In this document: piece by piece, positions 1-10,970 of the stretch
How the letters are laid out: each line of letters opens with the position of its first letter
Numbering within the stretch: the first letter of the stretch is position 1
Notes under the pieces: model-generated
Told to the model about the DNA's origin: nothing
Databases searched by the model: none
The model's input: only the letters and a program-made list of their open reading frames with translations
Program-made: the position numbers and the translations under genes
Assembly (NCBI RefSeq): GCF_001194135.2
Contig: NC_068993.1
Coordinates: forward strand, 17,669,322-17,702,799
Direction of reading: 5' to 3'
Length of the DNA: 33,478 nucleotides
Source of the DNA: Octopus bimaculoides
Lineage: Eukaryota

Positions 1-37
<37 letters not shown>

Positions 38-40
<3 letters not shown>

Positions 41-286
41 GTGTGTCTTTGTATCTGTCCCCCCATCACCGTTTGACAACCAGTGTTGGTGTGTTTGCAT
101 CCCCATAACTTAGCGGTTCAGCAACAGAGATTCAATAGAGTAAGTACCAGGCTTAAAAAAAAATAGATCCTGGGGGTTGATTTGTTTGACTAAAACCCTT
201 CAAGGTGATGCTCCAGCATGGCCACAGTCAAATGACTGAAACAATTAAAAGAATAAAAGAATAAAAGAATAAAAGAATAAAAGAAT
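38..286 (+). mobile_element. SINE family A, 3' half with (TAAAAGAA)n tail
   Basis: Matches the 3' half of the fuller copies at 25181-25588 and 31833-32213 (aacttagcggttc...gctccagcatggccacagtcaaatgactgaaac). Preceded by (TA)n where other copies carry an internal microsatellite. Confidence 0.85.
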
Positions 287-289
287 ATT

Positions 290-445
290 TGTATAATTAA
301 ATATTATTAGGAATTGCATTAAAAAAACTGTTTAAATACTTTGTGTATTGTACAAGTATAACTAATTTATTGCACATGAATTTTACCAAGAAAATCTTAT
401 ATGGGCCTCCAAGGGTCATATGGATCCCAATTGAGAGCCACTGGG
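290..445. mobile_element. Right-end fragment of hAT-type MITE (same family as 4889-5146)
   Basis: Similar to 5000-5146 (attaaatatta.taggaattg...tatgggcc.ccaaggg.catatgga.ccc); ends in a hAT-like terminus, ttgagagccactg. Confidence 0.6.
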
Positions 446-1194
446 CTAGATTGTCATGGCTGGAATGCTTTTGGATTGTGGGTTTGTTTGTTTGTTTACT
501 TGTTCAGTCATAGCTTATATCTTGGTTAAATAATAACCTTGTTCTCTCTATTCCTTCCCTCTCTCTCTCTCTGTCTGTCTGTCTGTCTCTCTTTCTTTCT
601 CTCTCTCTCTCTCTCTCTGTCTCTCACGCACAGCTTATATTGTATGTTGTAATATTTATTTTTATTGTGTTTTGCTTCCACTTGACATTTCACTGAGACT
701 AATAGTTACTTCTGTTAGTATTTACTGGTTGCTGGATTAACATGTCACCCGATATCCTCCAACACCACCACCACCACCACCACCACCACCACCACCACTA
801 CTATCCCTCCTCCTCATCCTGCGCTTAAAGAAAGCACTTTTAGTAAGCGTTTTAAATAGTAAAGTGAGATCTGGTGAGCATGAACAGGTTTTAGTAGACT
901 GCTAGTTAAAGTACACTTTACCTAAATCTATTATAGATATAACTAAAATGTACTTTTAGATGTTATGTGCCACATTTAAGATTATTATCAGCTTACTATG
1001 TTGTAATAATTGTTGCTGTTGTTAGGCTATGCTGTTTTCTCTTCCCTTTCTTTCTTTCTTTCTTTCTTTTTTCATTATACACAACACAGCAATTCTACAT
1101 TAGCTATAATGCTCGTGTCATTGTGGTTTATCCACTTGCAGGCTGTGAGCATTAACCTGTTTGTTCTTCTTGATGTTGTTGTTTACTTCCATCT

Positions 1195-1700
1195 GCTCAA
1201 TCATTGTTACTCTCAACCAGGATTGAGTAACCCTATGACCAAAAGTATTCCAACCATAACCATCCCATCTTGTATGGGATATCTAAGATTACTTTATTTA
1301 GTATGGCTTTCTCTCTCTTGTTTTTGTTTAGATCAGGGGTTTTCAAACTGTGGTCCGCGGACCACAGGGGGTCCGCAAGGACAAGACAGGGGGTCCGTGG
1401 ACAGCAAATACTTTTTATGGGCAATTTGATTTTATATATGTTTTTTAATCAAAATCTTTTAATTGACAATAAACCTATTTGTTAAATACTGTTAAATAAA
1501 TAAATGTAAAAATATGTTAAGCAAATATTTATGTGTAAGTTTCATAAGCGTTTATAAGGGGGTCCCTAAGGTAAAGCCTGAAATATAAAGGGGTCTGCAA
1601 GTCAAAAAGTTTGAAAACCCCTGGTTTAGATGATAGGGTTGTAATTTGAGGAGTATTTGGTTGCTATTTCTAACGGATCAAGTGACCATGTTGTGGCTGC
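1195..1700 (-). mobile_element. Unclassified dispersed repeat family E, interrupted by the hAT MITE; other pieces near 7410-7450, 12375-12430, 19700-19850 and 29225-29420
   Basis: Recurring motifs tagaaatagcagccaaa and catggctggaatgc.tttgatc in several degenerate copies. Boundaries are approximate. Confidence 0.5.
1334..1623. mobile_element. Non-autonomous hAT (Charlie-like) MITE, 290 bp
   Basis: Perfect 15-bp TIR CAGGGGTTTTCAAAC. Perfect 8-bp TSD GTTTAGAT (1326-1333 and 1624-1631) with central TA. Subterminal GGGGTCC repeats and a 20-bp palindrome at 1348-1367. Confidence 0.95.
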
Positions 1701-1968
1701 CTTGTTATCCTGTGCATCATCTGTTTGTCATGGTGGTGCAGTAGTTAGTGTCATAGAGGTATATGTGTATGTGGGTGTTTGGGTGGTATGGATAAACAGC
1801 TTGTTATTAATAGCATTATTTTAATATGATTATGTATGTTTTTATATAATAAATTAATTGTGTAAATTTTACATGAATAATCTGTTCAATGTGTTAGGTG
1901 TCAAATCATATAAATTCACGCTTTATAATTGCGGTTTATACATACACACACACATACAAACACTCACA

Positions 1969-2002
<34 letters not shown>

Positions 2003-2177
2003 GGTGCACGTATGGGCAGGTGCTTGTGGTTAAGGAGCTTTCTTCCCTACCACTTAGTTTCAGGTTCAGGGTGAGTGGATTTGGTGGACAGAAACTGAAA
2101 GAAGTATTTTGTGTGTGTGTGTGTATGTATGTATGTATCTATCTATCTATCTAGCTAGCTATCTATCTATCTATCTA

Positions 2178-2220
<43 letters not shown>

Positions 2221-3074
2221 NNNNNNNNNNNNNNNNNNNNNNNNNNNNNNNNNNNNNNNNNNNNNNNNNNNNNNNNNNNNNNNNNNNNNNNNNNNNNNNN
2301 NNNNNNNNNNNNNNNNNNNNNNNNNNNNNNNNNNNNNNNNNNNNNNNNNNNNNNNNNNNNNNNNNNNNNNNNNNNNNNNNNNNNNNNNNNNNNNNNNNNN
2401 NNNNNNNNNNNNNNNNNNNNNNNNNNNNNNNNNNNNNNNNNNNNNNNNNNNNNNNNNNNNNNNNNNNNNNNNNNNNNNNNNNNNNNNNNNNNNNNNNNNN
2501 NNNNNNNNNNNNNNNNNNNNNNNNNNNNNNNNNNNNNNNNNNNNNNNNNNNNNNNNNNNNNNNNNNNNNNNNNNNNNNNNNNNNNNNNNNNNNNNNNNNN
2601 NNNNNNNNNNNNNNNNNNNNNNNNNNNNNNNNNNNNNNNNNNNNNNNNNNNNNNNNNNNNNNNNNNNNNNNNNNNNNNNNNNNNNNNNNNNNNNNNNNNN
2701 NNNNNNNNNNNNNNNNNNNNNNNNNNNNNNNNNNNNNNNNNNNNNNNNNNNNNNNNNNNNNNNNNNNNNNNNNNNNNNNNNNNNNNNNNNNNNNNNNNNN
2801 NNNNNNNNNNNNNNNNNNNNNNNNNNNNNNNNNNNNNNNNNNNNNNNNNNNNNNNNNNNNNNNNNNNNNNNNNNNNNNNNNNNNNNNNNNNNNNNNNNNN
2901 NNNNNNNNNNNNNNNNNNNNNNNNNNNNNNNNNNNNNNNNNNNNNNNNNNNNNNNNNNNNNNNNNNNNNNNNNNNNNNNNNNNNNNNNNNNNNNNNNNNN
3001 NNNNNNNNNNNNNNNNNNNNNNNNNNNNNNNNNNNNNNNNNNNNNNNNNNNNNNNNATATATATATATATATAT

Positions 3075-3265
3075 AGTCAATCCAAACATGAACAAGCAAG
3101 AAGAAACATGAAAAAACCACAACGTGAGGATGTGGTACAGTGTTATTGGGTGCTCAGGAAAGGAAAGAAAAGAAAGAGGATTTCACGTTTCGAGCGGAGC
3201 TCTTCATCAGAAATATAGGAAAGGTCCAAAGAAGGGAAGACAGAGAAAGAAAATCGCCAACGATG
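3075..3265 (-). mobile_element. Probable Penelope-like element (PLE) terminal-repeat fragment
   Basis: Contains ACGTTTCG...CTCTTCATCAG, the antisense of the minimal hammerhead typical of PLE terminal repeats. No ORF; boundaries approximate. Confidence 0.55.
3180..3214 (-). ncRNA. Minimal type I hammerhead ribozyme motif, probably inactive (G at the cleavage position)
   Basis: Minus strand reads AUUU-CUGAUGA-A-GAGC-UCC-GCUC-GAA-ACGU-G-AAAU: complete core, 4-bp stem II, palindromic ACGU stem III, 4-bp stem I. Confidence 0.7.
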
Positions 3266-3269
3266 TGTG

Positions 3270-3700
3270 TGTGAGTTGGTGTCTTCTTGTCTTCACATTG
3301 CATGATAGTTGTGAATCAGTGTCACTGTCATACAGGTAGTATCCTTTGTTTCCAATAACCATGCCTACCCATGGGGAAATATTCCCTTACTTGGAAACAA
3401 GTGACGGTTTGTGACAAGAAGAGCATCTAGCCATAAAAAAATCAGAGTAAAACATGAGATAGAAGAATACCGACAGGAGAATAAAGTTCACAGCTCATCT
3501 TCTTCCTGAGGGTATGGAGGTTGGTCCTTACTTCTGTGAAGGCATAAGTCATTAGGTACAATCTCAGGTAAACCCAGGCAGTATTTTGACTGTTGCATTC
3601 AGATTGGAGCCTGGTGCAGCCTTCTGGCTTGCCAGTCCTCAGTCAAATCGTCCAACCCATGCTAGCATGGAGAGCGGACGTTAAACGATGATGATGATGA
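3270..3700 (+). mobile_element. Family C retroposon with RTE-like 3' tail and (ATG)n end, split by an unclassified insert; other copies or tails at about 5680-5790, 5988-6040, 11445-11740 and 18590-19045
   Basis: Shared catggggaaatattaccttgcttggaaac body and acccatgctagcatgga...gttaaacgatgatgatg tail. The RTE affinity is inferred from the tail type. Confidence 0.7.
3457..3590. repeat. Unclassified dispersed repeat, copy 1 (copy 2 at 10836-10970)
   Basis: Manual alignment over about 135 bp; shared ttcctgagg.tatggaggttggtcc.tactt and caggtaaa.ccaggc.gtattttg. Confidence 0.75.
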
Positions 3701-3913
3701 TTATATCATATTTGTCTTTGTCATTGTGCTGTACGTTTGTAAGCTATTCCCAGTGGCTTTCTGCTGCTGGCACCACCAAAAGTGAACATTATCAATGTTA
3801 AAGGTGCGAAATTGTAAGGATCTTTGGACATTGATGAGGAATTAGCTACAAATTTTCTGTTTTGTGTTTTCATCAAATTTTCCGTTTGTTGTGTTTCTGT
3901 GAAAACTTTTGAA

Positions 3914-3999
<86 letters not shown>

Positions 4000-4096
4000 C
4001 ATGCCTCCATTCAGTTTCTATCTATCAAATTCCACTCATCAGTCAGTTAACCAAAGGTTTTGGTAAAATACTCTTTCCCAGGGTCCCAGTAATAGT

Positions 4097-4470
4097 CTAG
4101 TCTCTAGTGGCACTCCGTCACTTACGACGTCGAGGGTTCCAGTTGATCCGATCAACGGAACAGCCTGCTCGTGAAATTAACGTGCAAGTGGCTGAGCACT
4201 CCACAGACACGTGTACCCTTAATGTAGTTCTCAGGGATATTCAGCGTGACAAGGCTGACCCTTTGAATTACAGGCACAACAGAAACAGGAAGTAAGAGAA
4301 AGTTGCGGTGAAAGAGTACAGCAGGGTTCGCCACCATCCCCTGCCGGAGCCTCGTGGAGCTTTAGGTGTTTTCGCTCAATAAACACTCACAACGCCCTGT
4401 CTGGGAATTGAAACTGCGATCCTATGACCGCAAGTCCACTGCCCCAACCACTGGGCCATTGCACCTCCAC
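4097..4470 (-). mobile_element. SINE family D, full length, nested in a degenerate family A copy
   Basis: tRNA-like head (A box TGGCCCAGTGG, B-box-like GTTTCAATTCC). 12-bp TSD CCCAGTAATAGT (4085-4096 and 4471-4482). Homologous to 26619-26981. Confidence 0.9.
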
Positions 4471-4888
4471 CCCAGTAATAGTACCAAACACAGAACCACA
4501 TAGTTCTGAAGGAAACTTCTAAACTAAATGACCACACACACATACACACACACCTCTGTGGTTTCTGATTATAGGCAGTAATGTGTAAAAGTATTTAACA
4601 AGACACAGGCATTGCTATGTAGTTAAGAAGTTCACTTTGCAACCATGGGGTTTTTGTGCTCAGCACCTTAGGCAAGTGTCTTGTACTGTAGCCCTGAGTT
4701 GACCACTGGTTTGTGAGAGTTTGGTGAACAGTAATCATATAGAAGCTCATTGTATATAATAGTGAACTACACATTGGATAATGTAGTTCCAATTTACAAG
4801 GGAAGAAAAACAGAAACTAAGAATAAAAAACAGGACCAAGCACCTTTTATTATAGGTATGCTGGATCAGAATTCTACTAGGATTAAAC

Positions 4889-5146
4889 CTGTGTTTTTCA
4901 ACCATTTTTTGCCTATGGATCCCTTTCATTCCAATTTTACTCAGGTGAACTCTCATAACCATTCTAAGTTTAAAGAATCCTATTATAATTTTATTATTAA
5001 ATATTACTAGGAATTGTTAAAACATTTTGTGTATTTTAGAAGTATAACCAATTTATTGCAGATAAGATTTTAACAACAAAATCTCATATGGGCCCCCAAG
5101 GGCCGAACTCCCAAGGACCATATGGACCCCCTGTTAAGATCCTCTG
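4889..5146. mobile_element. Degenerate hAT-type MITE, 258 bp
   Basis: 8-bp TSD GATTAAAC (4881-4888 and 5147-5154); decayed CAGTG-type termini; homologous fragments at 290-445 and 25684-25812. Confidence 0.75.
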
Positions 5147-5439
5147 GATTAAACAAATAACAATAACACCTGTAGTTGATTTGGCCCACTTGATTGATAA
5201 AAACTCGAGTAGAACTCAAGTAAGAGTCAAGTTCGCCTGTCAAGATTCTTTTTTTTTTATTGGTTTGGTCTGGAGGTGAAAAAAGCTCTGCCCATGGTTT
5301 TTGCAGGCCCTTTGTGACTAATAAGGTTGGCATGGTTAATGCTTCTAATGAACACGTCAATGACTACAAGAATAACCTATGAAGGGAGGGAATTTCAGTG
5401 AACTAATACTCTTATAATGGGGTGGGGGGTATAATATGG

Positions 5440-5685
5440 GCAATGAGAAAGAGAAAGATGAGTGAGTTAGGAGTGCCTGAGACCAGCCAGATCTGAGGAG
5501 CAAAGGTCACTTCACTTCTGTAGCAAGTGGTAGAGAAAGTGGAGAGAAGCGACAGGAGTCTGCCAGTCAGAGCTTGGTGGGTGTTGGTGAGCAATTTCAT
5601 GCCGATCAATTGATTGGCCTGTCTTTGAATAACTGTCTAGGATGTCTGTGTTGTGTAGCAGCAGCACCATCCTAGATTAGCTGCA
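5440..5685 (-). mobile_element. Heavily decayed LINE ORF2 C-terminal remnant (L2/Daphne/Jockey-group-like)
   Basis: Across frameshifts reads DGAAAT..TDILD..IQRQANQLIG..LLTNTHQAL...VASLHFLY, resembling the post-RT region of these LINEs. Recognised by eye only. Confidence 0.4.
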
Positions 5686-6907
5686 GGAAGGACATTCTGC
5701 AATAAAACTTATTATTTCAACAATATATAAATGTTCAAAATTGTGAAAAACATCCTCCTACCCATGCAAGAATAGAAAAATGGATGTAAGACAGTCTTCT
5801 TCCTCCCTTCTCTTCNNNNNNNNNNACAACAAAAAAATTCAACCAATCAGTTTGATCTGCTCAATATCAACACTACCCTCACCTGTCTAAAGTGCTTATG
5901 AGATAAATGAAATGAAATAGAATTATTTGTAACTGGTGTGTCTAAGTATAATATTTATTGATTTTTTTATAGATATTATTAGTAACCAGAACCCATGCAA
6001 GCATGGAAAAGTGGACGTGAAAATGATGGTGATGATGATGGTGTCGGTGTCTGAAGATACCATTTTTATTGTTAGTGGATATCATTATTAGTTACCAATA
6101 TATCAAGGTAGCATATTGATTTGAGATATTATTAGGAACTGATGTCTCAAGATAACATGTTTATTGCTTACAGATATAATCTCTTATGTGTAGTAATTAC
6201 AGAAGACAGATTTTTGTTTTCTTCCTCTTTCTTCAACTATTCATCATCACCACTGTTCACCATTAATATCAGCAGCACTAACATTACCACTAAAGGCAAA
6301 GCAATGGTCTTATTGTTAGACTATAGGACGTGATTAGGCTATAGACAAAGTAGTGTCTTGTCTGGCAGTTTTGGGTTTCTATAAGGCAATGATTGTCTGA
6401 GCAATTTCATTTTCCCCTTGCTCAGTAAAGTAAATACCATTTACCACTGAGGTGTTGTGGCTTTCATTTGCAGGTAAGTAAAGTGTGTGGATCTTTGTCA
6501 TTTCAATAATGAGTATTTAGTTCTTTGATCAACTGAATTCCCTGTTTATTGAATTAATACATTAGTGATTGTGAGTTCAACACACAGGTCTACTCTTAGC
6601 ATTATCCCTTGGTAGAATCTGCATGACACAGCATGTAACAATGCTAGACATTGGAATTACAGTTGCAATCCATCTGATGGGCTTCCATACAGTTTCTGTC
6701 TATCTGATTTCACTCACAAAGCTTGGATCAACCTGAGATTATGATGAAAGACACTTGCCCAAGATCCATCGTGGTGGGATTGAACCTGGGTCTTGTGATT
6801 GTAAAGCAAACTTTTTCAGTCATCCAGCCATACTGTATCCATATTTATGTTTAAAGTACGGCCTTACTGGCTGTATGTATGGTTGTGCTTAATACGGCTA
6901 TTGAGTC

Positions 6908-7139
6908 CTTCTTTTATCTTCTTTTAATTGTTTCTGTCATTGGTGTGTGGCCATGCTGGGGTACCACCTTGAAGAGTTTTAGTGAAATAAATCAACTCCA
7001 TTATTTCTTTTTATTTTAATTCTGGTATGCATTCTATCAGTTTCTTTTGCTGAATCTCTAAGTTATGAGGACATAAAACAACACTGTTTGTCAAGTGGTG
7101 GTGGGGGTGGCAAACATAGGCAAACACACACACACACAC

Positions 7140-7176
<37 letters not shown>

Positions 7177-7325
7177 GGGCCTCCACTCATTTTTCATCTA
7201 TCAAATTTGCCCATAAAGCACTGGTCAACCTGGAGCTCTAGTCTGAAGCACCTGTCCAAGGTGCCGTACAGGGACTGAACTTGAACTCACATGGTTGCAA
7301 AGTGAGATTCTTAACCACGACACAC
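6908..7325 (-). mobile_element. SINE family A, near full length and diverged, internal (CA)n; a further partial copy at about 6675-6835
   Basis: Antisense of the family A head, core and tail. Confidence 0.75.
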
Positions 7326-7929
7326 TATATCTACTTCAGTCTATCAACTAACAATTTCCTTGACTATTTTAAAACTAAGAAATAAATTAGTTGTCGTCGT
7401 TGTTGTTGTGCAGCCCCAGGTCAGCTTTGATCAAAACAGTCTTATAATCATCAGGTTAAACAATGAGGTGCTGCTCACAGATCCATCTGTCTCTGTCTGG
7501 CTGTAGACCATACAGCATAATTTGATAAGCAGGAATTAATCATATGGGTGTAGAGCAATATGACAGTTTGGACATATTGCTCTAGCTCCACTGTCTAGTC
7601 TATTTCTGTAGATTCTTGTGCTGGCCACAGCAGAGGCAGGCAATCTAGATTTGGTGAGAACAGCTGATGCTTCTCTGCACTATTGTTGGTGGTGAGCTTC
7701 TCAGTACTGTGAAGCTACTGAGACTATTGATGATGCAGTTATTTTTGTGCGTATGTGGTTTTATTTATATGTTTGTCTATGTTAATTGGGAAAGATATGG
7801 GAGGAGTTAATGTTAGGAAAAGGTTACACTAATGTTCAAATTTGGAAAAGCATTACAGTTATGCAAGGATCAATATTATTATCGATGGAACACCAACATC
7901 ATCACCAATGTAAAACTAACATTATTACT

Positions 7930-8279
7930 AATGCAATCCAACATTATCATCAATGCAATCCAGCATTATCATCAATGTAATCCAACATTATCACCAATGC
8001 AATCCAACATTATCACCATTGCAAGCCAGCATTATCACCAATGCAATCCAACATTATCACCAGTACAGTCCAACATTATCACCAATGCAGTCCAACATTA
8101 TTACCAGTGCAATCCAACATTATCGTAGTGCAATCCAACATTATCACCATTGCAATCCAGCATTATCACCAGTGCAATCCAACATTATCACCAGTACAAT
8201 CCAATATTATCACCAATGCAATCCAGCATTATCACCAATGCAATCCAACATTATCACAATGCAATCCAACATTATCACC
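7930..8279 (+). repeat. 22-bp minisatellite, 16 units, consensus AATGCAATCCAACATTATCACC; degenerate units extend left to about 7860
   Basis: Units start at 7930, 7952, 7974, 7996, 8018, 8040, 8062, 8084, 8106, 8127, 8149, 8171, 8193, 8215, 8237 and 8258; two units are 21 bp. Confidence 0.97.
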
Positions 8280-9400
8280 AAAGATAGAACAGTTATTTGT
8301 TGAATCGGTTGAATTGCTAACTAAACGCTTGACTGATACTTCTAGGTTTCAGTCATGCTAATGTAGTCTTTATCATCTTCTCATTGGTCAATTAGATATA
8401 AACCATTTACTTTATTAATGTTGCTCTACCATCTCTGTAGATTTATGAGTTTTATAGGTTGCATTCATTTATCTACAGTTGATTGAATACTTTCAAGGAT
8501 TTTTGGATCAATAGAACTTCTAGTTTTATGAGACTGGTGCAAAGTACTTCAAAAAGGGATAATTGAAATATTAAAATTTGTTCTATAGAAATACAATTTT
8601 AAGAGACTCAAAGCCGGTGGTTGACAAATGTTGAATCTGTAACTTTATCAATAACTTCACCATCTCTAACTGATAGCTAGGAAACAATTTCAGATAAACC
8701 AAATAATCAACATAATTCTTTTATTTAGCACCAAATTTTTGAAGATTTAGTGGGTTTGCTGTTATGGATGACAGACAGAATCAGCCTGGGAATGTTCAGT
8801 GTGAGTAGTAGAAACATTCTGTTAGCTGGGTTATGATATAGCATTGAAGTTTGTCCCCTGTTAGAACCATGGCTCTGCTTGATAAGGGAAAAGAAGTTTA
8901 GAGAGCCATGTCTCTCTAGGGAACAAAGGGTTTCTTCTTTCATGAGAATATAAGGTGTTGATCAATATAGTTGGGCATTAAAACCAGCAGCAGCAAGACA
9001 GATATTGTTTGTTACATTGTTCTGACATTTCTGGGTTGTTTTTTTTTTTGATATCTTGTCATTTAGTTAGTCAGTTTCTTTCACTTGTATAAACCACATT
9101 TAACTACAAAAATGGTGTACTTATTATTTTATGAGAATGTCCAGTTATATAAGGCACAAACAGCTGAACAAGTATGGGGAAATTGCAATGGGGAGTGGTG
9201 TATCCAATGTTTCAAACCCTTCTTCAGGATAAAGATGCCAAGAAATAAATAAAAGAAAGACAGCAAAATTTCTGTCTCTCTGACAAATATCATTCCCAAA
9301 ATGTCAAATTGCTCTTCTCATGACATATGAATCTATCCAAAGACATGGACTTCACCATTTAATTAAAGTATGTGTCATTAACCAGCTTTAATACATAATA

Positions 9401-9803
9401 TAGGTGTAGACATGACTGTGTGGTTCAGAAGCTCATGTTGCCACCATGTAGATTTGGATTCAATCCTCCTGCACAGTACCTTGGGCAAGTATCTTCTACT
9501 ATGGCCTTAGGCTGACCGATGCTTTGAGTAAATTTGGTAGACAGAATTGTGTGAAAGTCTGTCATATAGGTATATGTATGTGTGTGTGATCCTTTGTGTT
9601 TGTCCTTTCATCACTTGATAACTAGTGTTGGTTTGTTTATATCCTTGTGACTTAGCACCTTGGCAAAATATATTGATAGACTAAGTACCAACCTATAAAA
9701 AAATAAATAAATATTGGGATCGATTTGCTCAACTAAACCCTTCAATGGGGTGCTCCGGCATGGTCATAGTTTAATGACTAAAACTAGTAATAGATACAAG
9801 ATA
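9401..9803 (+). mobile_element. SINE family A, full length, diverged
   Basis: Head, accttgggcaagt core, short internal (TG) tract and 3' tail all align with other copies. Confidence 0.8.
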
Positions 9804-9950
9804 AGCGAGGTATGAGTTCAAATCTCGCTGTGGGGGCATCTAAGTCAAATATCTTTTAGCACAGCTCCGGTTGACCAAAGCCTTATGAATAAAATTGGGT
9901 AGATTGAAACTGTGTGGGAGGTTGTTAGATGGATTGTATCTGCATTTTAA

Positions 9951-10171
9951 CCCTTTAGCATTTGAACCAGCCATATCCAGTCCACATAGGCCTCCCTGTT
10001 TTATGTTTATACTGACCATAGCTAGTCTCTCACACTTACCCTACAATGCCATTCTAAACATAGACAATAACATCATCAAAATCTCAAATCTATGAGATAA
10101 TACATAGTTAATTCAAAATAATATTAATAAATAAGCTTTACATTTGTCAGAATAATTTGAAAACTAAAGGG
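9951..10171. mobile_element. piggyBac-type MITE, 221 bp
   Basis: TTAA on both sides (9947-9950 and 10172-10175); termini CCCTTTAG...CTAAAGGG. Confidence 0.8.
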
Positions 10172-10835
10172 TTAAATGTTTTATACTGATTGCAACTAAG
10201 AATTACATTAAGGATTAAGGGTACATACTACAATTCAATGAACGGGTAGTCCATTTGATTGAACAACCAAATAGTCATTACTAAAATTGATAGAGATCCA
10301 ATTACACTGGGGTCTCTATATATGAACACAATCCATTCCAAAGCCCTGTTTGTTAACCTAATTATTCATTGCATGTGTAATTGATAAACATAGAAATAGG
10401 GATATTCTGTTCGAGGCCACACCCAATCTCAACATAAAGGCGTGAAATGATGTTTTATTTATCCATCCATCAACAGGAAATACATAAATATATACTTAGG
10501 TGTATATATACGTGTGTGTGTATGTGTGTACCTGTGTGAAATATGTACATAGATATTAATGAACCATTTTTATATGTTCTTCCAGTCACTTATATGCAGG
10601 TGTTGTCTTATTTGTGGTTTGTTGTTCAAATCTCAGCTTGCTGGCTGAATGTAATTTTCTTCTAAAAAACTCTTCAGTTGATAGAGGCACAGGCATGGCA
10701 GTGTGGTAATAAGCTTGCTTCCTAACCACTTGGTTCCAGGTTCAGTCCCACTGTGTGGCACCTAGGACAAGTGTCTTCTAGACAGGGAAATTCACAGTTT
10801 TTAAGGAATGAAATAGAAGAATAAATAATAAAAGT

Positions 10836-10970
10836 AGATAGAAGAGTACAGACAAGAAGATAAAGTTCGCAGTTTGTTTTTTTTCCTGAGGTATGGAGGT
10901 TGGTCCATACTTCCATGAAGATATAGGCCCTTAGATATAATCCCAGGTAAATCCAGGCTGTATTTTGGCA
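10836..10970. repeat. Unclassified dispersed repeat, copy 2, following a truncated family A head (10685-10780)
   Basis: Aligns with 3457-3590. Confidence 0.75.

Noticed and set aside
2109-3218. Long ORFs spanning N gaps (also 12547-13263, 20859-21802, 27939-28526 and 29780-31381)
   Set aside because: They consist of X runs and (TA)n/(CA)n/(CT)n translations.
6426-6480. Strong donor CAG|GTAAGT with an upstream acceptor; similar case at 19183-19246
   Set aside because: All three frames contain stops; a non-coding exon cannot be supported without RNA data.
7930-8279. CRISPR-like array or repeat-protein exon
   Set aside because: Units are directly adjacent with no spacers, there are no cas genes and the context is eukaryotic. 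The ORFs follow from a stop-free unit and lack splice support.
8729-8800. Candidate exon HQIFEDLVGLLLWMTDRISLGMFS between TTTAG and GTGAGT
   Set aside because: Short, no recognisable homology, and such AG/GT pairs are expected by chance in 33 kb.
9206-9226. Second hammerhead-like motif (minus strand CUGAAGAAGGGUUUGAAACAUU)
   Set aside because: No room for a stem II loop and no clear stem I or III; at best a decayed relic.
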